Assembly (NCBI GenBank): GCA_964574015.1
Contig: CAZNLP010000001.1
Span: forward strand, 547 to 64,546
Direction of reading: 5' to 3'
Origin: an uncultured Clostridia bacterium
Lineage (GTDB): Bacteria; Bacillota; Clostridia; Tissierellales; Dethiosulfatibacteraceae
DNA length: 64,000 nt
Position 1 is the stretch's first letter; the number at the start of each line of letters is the position of its first letter. The notes under the pieces are model-generated. The model had not been told where the DNA came from. It saw nothing but the letters and a program-made list of their open reading frames with translations, and made no database searches. Positions 59,666-64,000 of this stretch are shown here, piece after piece. Made by a program: the position numbers and the translations under genes.

Positions 59666-60763
59666 ATGTTTGAATTTGATATAGATCCAGCTAACTTAGC
59701 AAAAATAAAAGTTATAGGAGTTGGAGGTGGTGGTAACAACGCTGTTAATAGAATGATAGATGCTGATGTTAAAGGAGTCTCTTTTACAGCAGTTAACACA
59801 GATAAGCAAGCCTTATTAAACTCTAAAGCAGAGCAAAAGATACAAATAGGAGAAAAGCTGACTAATGGGTTAGGAGCCGGATCTGATCCTTCTATAGGAA
59901 AGGACGCGGCAGAAGAAAGTAAAAGTGAACTATCCGAAATACTAGATAACTCAGACATGGTTTTTATAACAGCAGGAATGGGTGGTGGAACAGGAACAGG
60001 AGCAGCACCTTATATAGCGCAGTTATCAAAGGAAAGAAGTATATTGACAGTGGCAGTTGTTACAAAACCATTTACTTTCGAAGGTAAAAAAAGGAAAGAA
60101 AATTCAGAACTTGGTGTTGAAAACTTAAGAAAAGTTGTAGATACTCTCATAATTATTCCTAATGATAAATTATTGGAAATTACTGATAAAAAAGCCTCTT
60201 TATTAGAAGCATTCAATATTGCAGATGATGTTTTGAAGCAAGGTATACAAGGGATTTCAGATTTAATAGCTATTCCTGCAGTTATAAATTTAGATTTTGC
60301 AGATGTAAAAACTATTATGGACGGTCAAGGATTAGCACATATGGGAATAGGTTTTGCAAATGGAGAGAATAGAGCTGTAGATGCTGCAAAACAAGCAATA
60401 AAAAGTCCTTTATTAGAAACATCCATTAATGGTGCAAGAGGAGTATTAATTAATATAACAGGAGGAAATGACTTAGGAATACATGAAGTAAATGAAGCTG
60501 CTGAAATAATTACGGAATCAGCCGACCCAGAAGCTAATATTATCTTTGGAGCAAATATAGATGATGAATTAGGCGATTCCATTAAAGTAACTGTAATTGC
60601 AACAGGGTTTTCTGAAGGTATTCAAAGAAAAATAAAACTTAAAGAATCAGAACCCAATGAAGAAACAAAGTCTGAAGAAGAATTAATAAATTGGGATGAT
60701 GATGATTTAAATATTCCTGATTTTATAAATAAAGATGAACTTTATAAAATAGAAAACGAATAG
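59666..60763 (+). CDS. ftsZ: Cell division protein FtsZ
   Basis: [17 protein letters not shown] and tubulin signature [13 protein letters not shown] 59666 follows GGGAGG. The track start at 59642 adds 8 unsupported residues. Confidence 0.98.
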   Translation: MFEFDIDPANLAKIKVIGVGGGGNNAVNRMIDADVKGVSFTAVNTDKQALLNSKAEQKIQIGEKLTNGLGAGSDPSIGKDAAEESKSELSEILDNSDMVFITAGMGGGTGTGAAPYIAQLSKERSILTVAVVTKPFTFEGKKRKENSELGVENLRKVVDTLIIIPNDKLLEITDKKASLLEAFNIADDVLKQGIQGISDLIAIPAVINLDFADVKTIMDGQGLAHMGIGFANGENRAVDAAKQAIKSPLLETSINGARGVLINITGGNDLGIHEVNEAAEIITESADPEANIIFGANIDDELGDSIKVTVIATGFSEGIQRKIKLKESEPNEETKSEEELINWDDDDLNIPDFINKDELYKIENE

Positions 60764-60785
60764 ACTACTTAAGTAGTCTATTTAA
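60761..60785 (+). terminator. Weak terminator-like palindrome after ftsZ
   Basis: TAGACTACTT/AAGTAGTCTA is a perfect palindrome followed by TTTAATATT. The T-run is poor. Confidence 0.4.
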
Positions 60786-60803
60786 TATTAAGAGAGGTGT
60801 TTT

Positions 60804-61259
60804 ATGAATTGTCCTTTTTGTGATTATCCGGAAACAAAGGTTATAGATACAAGACCAACTGATGAAGGCCAAAAGATTAGACGTAGAAGAGAATGTCTCT
60901 CCTGCAAAAAGAGATTTACTACCTACGAAAAAGTTGAGAATATACAGCTTATAGTTATAAAAAAAGATAAAACAAGAGAATCTTTTGACAGAAATAAAAT
61001 TGTTAATGGGATTATTAAAGCCTGTGAAAAAAGGTCGATTCCTTTAAAAAGTATAGAAGAAATAGCAGATAAAATAGAAAAATCAATATTGAATGATATG
61101 GAAAATGAAATATCGTCATATAAAATAGGCGAGATGGTAATGAAAGAGTTAAAAAACATAGATGATGTTGCCTATGTAAGATTTGCATCAGTATATAGGG
61201 AATTTAAAGATATAAACACATTTATGGATGAATTAAAAAAGATGCTAAATAAAAATTAA
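60804..61259 (+). CDS. nrdR: Transcriptional repressor NrdR
   Basis: [40 protein letters not shown] zinc ribbon plus ATP-cone. Confidence 0.95.
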   Translation: MNCPFCDYPETKVIDTRPTDEGQKIRRRRECLSCKKRFTTYEKVENIQLIVIKKDKTRESFDRNKIVNGIIKACEKRSIPLKSIEEIADKIEKSILNDMENEISSYKIGEMVMKELKNIDDVAYVRFASVYREFKDINTFMDELKKMLNKN

Positions 61260-61334
61260 AATAAATCAATTTAAGCTTACTGAAAAATAATTATGTAAAC
61301 ATAAAATCGGTTTTTTCAAAAATAGGAGATAGAT

Positions 61335-62024
61335 ATGCCCGAGAATATATTAGTAATTGATGATGAAATCAATATATTAGAATTGATTAAGTTTAATTTA
61401 GAACTAAACAATTATAGTGTAACTACTTCTTTAAATGGGAAGGATGGAATAGAAAAAATTAAAACTCAAAAATTCGATCTTATAATTCTAGACTTAATGA
61501 TGCCTGAAATAGATGGAATTCAAGTATGTAAATTTGTAAGAGGAAATAACACATATAAAAATATTCCCATAATAATGTTAACGGCTAAAGGTACGGAAAC
61601 GGATAAAATTTACGGATTGGAAATTGGCGCAGATGACTACATAACTAAACCATTTAGTGTTAAAGAACTTAATGCCAGAGTTAAGGCTTTATTAAGAAGG
61701 AGTTATTTAGGCCCTGGTAATAATAAAAAAAAGATAAGAGTTAATAATATGATTATTGATACAGAAGAACATTTAGTAAAATTATTTGATAACGAAATTA
61801 AGTTAACACTAAAAGAGTATGAAGTGCTTTTAATGTTAGCTAAAAATAGAGGCAAAGTATTATCAAGAGATAAACTACTTAATGAAATTTGGGGTTATGA
61901 TTATATCGGAGAAACTAGAACAGTGGATGTCCATATAAGGCACCTTCGAAAAAAAATAGAAGAACATGATAAGGATAAAGAATATATAGAGACTATAAGA
62001 GGAGTAGGATATAAAATAAAATAA
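61335..62024 (+). CDS. OmpR/PhoB-family response regulator
   Basis: Receiver domain (ILVIDDE, LIILDLMMPEIDG, MLTAK) and a winged-helix output (LTLKEYEVL..., RTVDVHIRHLRKKIE, IETIRGVGYK). Confidence 0.9.
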   Translation: MPENILVIDDEINILELIKFNLELNNYSVTTSLNGKDGIEKIKTQKFDLIILDLMMPEIDGIQVCKFVRGNNTYKNIPIIMLTAKGTETDKIYGLEIGADDYITKPFSVKELNARVKALLRRSYLGPGNNKKKIRVNNMIIDTEEHLVKLFDNEIKLTLKEYEVLLMLAKNRGKVLSRDKLLNEIWGYDYIGETRTVDVHIRHLRKKIEEHDKDKEYIETIRGVGYKIK

Positions 62025-62025
62025 T

Positions 62026-63753
62026 ATGAAGAAAAATATTTTTTTAAAAATTATAGTTTTAATATTATTATTTAGTGTCATAACCTCTTTATTTTTAATA
62101 ACATATCTGAGAAATTCTTATACTGATGAAAAGGTAGAAGAGTTAAAAAATTATGCAAATTATTTCAAGGTTGTTTTGAAAGACAAAGATTATGAAAATA
62201 TAGAAAAATATTTAAGTCAATATGATAGTATAAAAAATAGTATTCGAATTACAATTATTTTGGATACAGGGGAAGTTCTTTTTGATAATAAAGAAAATTA
62301 TAACAATATGGAAAATCATAGAAATAGGAGTGAAGTAATAACTGCAATAAATGAAGGCAATGGTATAGAATCACGATTCAGTTCTACTCTTAAAAAAGAA
62401 ATGTTGTATTATGCTGAATTATACAGTCTGGATAGTGGAGAAGATATAATAATAAGGACGGCTATACCTATAAGCAGTATATACTATTTTATTAGAAATA
62501 TATTTAATAGTTTTATTTTTATAATTATAATAGGTATTGTAATAGCAGTTTTTTTTGGATTAAGCATAATAAATAAACTAGAAGAAAATTTCAAAAAAAT
62601 AAATGATGCAATATCTAGGATAGAAAATGGATATTACGGAGAAAAACTTATAAATGAGGATAAGGATTTTGTCCAATTAGTAAATAATTTTAACAAGATG
62701 AGCAGAAATTTAAGTCAGAAGATAGAAAGTTTGGAATTTGAAAATACAAGTTTAAACTCAATATTTAAAAGTATGGAAGATGGTGTTGTAGTTTTAGATA
62801 ATAAAAAAAGAACTATTTATAATAATGAAGCTGTTAATAAAATTTTTGAATATGATGGGAAAATTGAAGGGAAAAAAATCTCGGATATTATAAGAAATTA
62901 TGAATTAAATACATTTCTTGAATTATTTTATAAGAATCCTAAATATGATAATATAGAAATTCAATATAATGACAGAATTTTAAAAATTACATCTAATGAA
63001 TTAAAAGGATATAGCAATAGATTTAGAACCGGTGCAGTATTAATGATACAAGACATAACAGAGATTAGAAAATTAGAAAAAATAAGAAGTGATTTTGTAA
63101 GTAATGTTACTCATGAACTTAAAACACCTCTTACATCTATAAAAGGCTTTATTGAAACATTAAAAGATTCAGATAAATTAGATAAAAAAACAAAATTAAA
63201 ATTTTATGAAATAATAGAATTAGAAACTGAAAGATTGAGTAATTTAATTAATGATATGCTTACCCTGTCCGAAATAGAAACAACGACAGGAGAACATAAA
63301 AGCTTTAAAGTTGAAGAAGTTATTGAAGAGGTAGTTGAACTTCTTAATAATATAGCTGAAGAAAAAAACATTAGATTAGAAGTCGAAAGTTTTGATAATA
63401 ATGTTTATCTAAAAGGAGATAAAAATAGATTTAAACAGATGCTAATAAATCTTATTGAAAACGGTATTAAATATAATAATCCTGGAGGTTTTGTTTTTAT
63501 AAAATATAAGAAAGAAAAAGACATTCTTATACTTAATGTGATAGATGATGGTATTGGAATAGAGGAAGGCGAGATAGAAAGGTTGTTTGAAAGGTTTTAT
63601 AGAGTAGATAAATCAAGAGATAGAGGCCGAGGAGGAACTGGATTAGGCTTAGCTATTGTTAAGCATATTGTAAAAAGTTTAAATGGAAAAATTTTTATAA
63701 ATAGCAAAATTAATGAAGGTACAACATTTTTAATTAAAATACCAATAGTATAA
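62026..63753 (+). CDS. Sensor histidine kinase (two TM helices, extracytoplasmic domain, HAMP, PAS, HisKA, HATPase_c; PhoR/WalK-like)
   Basis: H-box RSDFVSNVTHELKTPLTSIKGF, N-box LINLIENGIKYN, G-boxes DDGIGI and GGTGLGLAIVK. Confidence 0.9.
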   Translation: MKKNIFLKIIVLILLFSVITSLFLITYLRNSYTDEKVEELKNYANYFKVVLKDKDYENIEKYLSQYDSIKNSIRITIILDTGEVLFDNKENYNNMENHRNRSEVITAINEGNGIESRFSSTLKKEMLYYAELYSLDSGEDIIIRTAIPISSIYYFIRNIFNSFIFIIIIGIVIAVFFGLSIINKLEENFKKINDAISRIENGYYGEKLINEDKDFVQLVNNFNKMSRNLSQKIESLEFENTSLNSIFKSMEDGVVVLDNKKRTIYNNEAVNKIFEYDGKIEGKKISDIIRNYELNTFLELFYKNPKYDNIEIQYNDRILKITSNELKGYSNRFRTGAVLMIQDITEIRKLEKIRSDFVSNVTHELKTPLTSIKGFIETLKDSDKLDKKTKLKFYEIIELETERLSNLINDMLTLSEIETTTGEHKSFKVEEVIEEVVELLNNIAEEKNIRLEVESFDNNVYLKGDKNRFKQMLINLIENGIKYNNPGGFVFIKYKKEKDILILNVIDDGIGIEEGEIERLFERFYRVDKSRDRGRGGTGLGLAIVKHIVKSLNGKIFINSKINEGTTFLIKIPIV

Positions 63754-63757
63754 TATA

Positions 63758-63797
63758 AAAACAAGGTATAGAGCAAATTCTATACCTTGTTTGTTTA
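63758..63797 (+). terminator. Rho-independent terminator after the histidine kinase
   Basis: AAACAAGGTATAGA-GCAAAT-TCTATACCTTGTTT followed by GTTT. Confidence 0.8.
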
Positions 63798-63848
63798 CTT
63801 AAATTATATATATGATATAATAATAACGTTAAAGAACGGAGTGAAAAG

Positions 63849-64000
63849 ATGATAGAAAATAAAATAATAAATATAAAAAAAAATAGCATAGCAGATGAAC
63901 TTGGAATAGGAAATGGAGATGTTTTAATTTCAATAGATAATAAACCTATAGAAGATGTTATTGATTATAAATATATGATATCAGATGAATATATAGAAAT
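63849..64000 (+). CDS. 5' fragment of a PDZ-containing DUF512/radical-SAM-like protein (continues past the window)
   Basis: MIENKIINIKKNSIADELGIGNGDVLISIDNKPIEDVIDYKYMISDEYIE resembles the N-terminal PDZ of clostridial DUF512 proteins. GGAG RBS upstream. Confidence 0.5.
   Translation, partial: MIENKIINIKKNSIADELGIGNGDVLISIDNKPIEDVIDYKYMISDEYIE

Noticed and set aside
61282-61317. 6-2-6 palindrome TTATGT-AA-ACATAA, flanked by GAAAAA/TTTTTC, between nrdR and the response regulator. It could be an operator or an nrdR terminator.
   Set aside because: It is too short and AT-rich to distinguish from chance, and the stem would be very weak. There is no support for a specific regulator; it matches neither an NrdR box nor a Pho box.

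Overview
I found no novel system in this window. It is a visibly AT-rich, almost entirely co-oriented (+ strand) block of core housekeeping genes from a Firmicute. I saw no CRISPR array, transposase or integrase, phage genes, tRNA or rRNA genes, or defence-like island.

Gene content in order:
- hemW' (3' end), then the CIRCE-controlled hrcA-grpE-dnaK-dnaJ-prmA-rsmE-mtaB operon.
- HIT protein, rpsU, yqeY, phoH, ybeY, a DUF3048 lipoprotein, cdd, era, recO.
- A UBA-like/DUF4342 protein, then a Gly T-box and glyQS.
- ccpN, the pyruvate phosphate dikinase regulatory protein (PDRP), a dGTPase-like HD protein, dnaG, sigA, trmK, nif3.
- RNase P RNA (type A), rex, ogg, CIRCE-groES-groEL, dxs.
- upp (- strand), an AcpS::NAD(P)HX-dehydratase fusion, a small anchored coiled-coil protein (- strand).
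- A DUF5693-csaB-tagA cell-wall polymer cluster, then ftsE-ftsX-M23 peptidase.
- L20 leader with infC-rpmI-rplT, ktrB/ktrA, a TrmH-family methyltransferase.
- A Phe T-box with pheST, then lgt.
- A dcw cluster: mraZ-rsmH-ftsL-pbp-murE-mraY-murD-ftsW-murG-ftsQ-DUF881-DUF881-sbp-ftsZ.
- nrdR, an OmpR/PAS-kinase two-component pair, and the 5' end of a DUF512/PDZ gene.

The gene order is Bacillus-like, but the RNase P RNA is type A. The sporulation genes that normally sit at two syntenic junctions are absent. Together these suggest a non-sporulating Clostridia or Tissierellia-type organism.

The items most worth a second look:
- A perfectly duplicated 21-bp promoter/operator module upstream of mraZ.
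- The AcpS-NnrD gene fusion.
- The uncharacterised DUF5693 membrane protein, translationally coupled to csaB/tagA, with a divergent anchored coiled-coil protein.
- ftsZ with its own promoter and no ftsA.
- A probable AUU-initiated infC behind an L20-type attenuator.

All family names come from reading the translations and from memory of those families. No database search was run.
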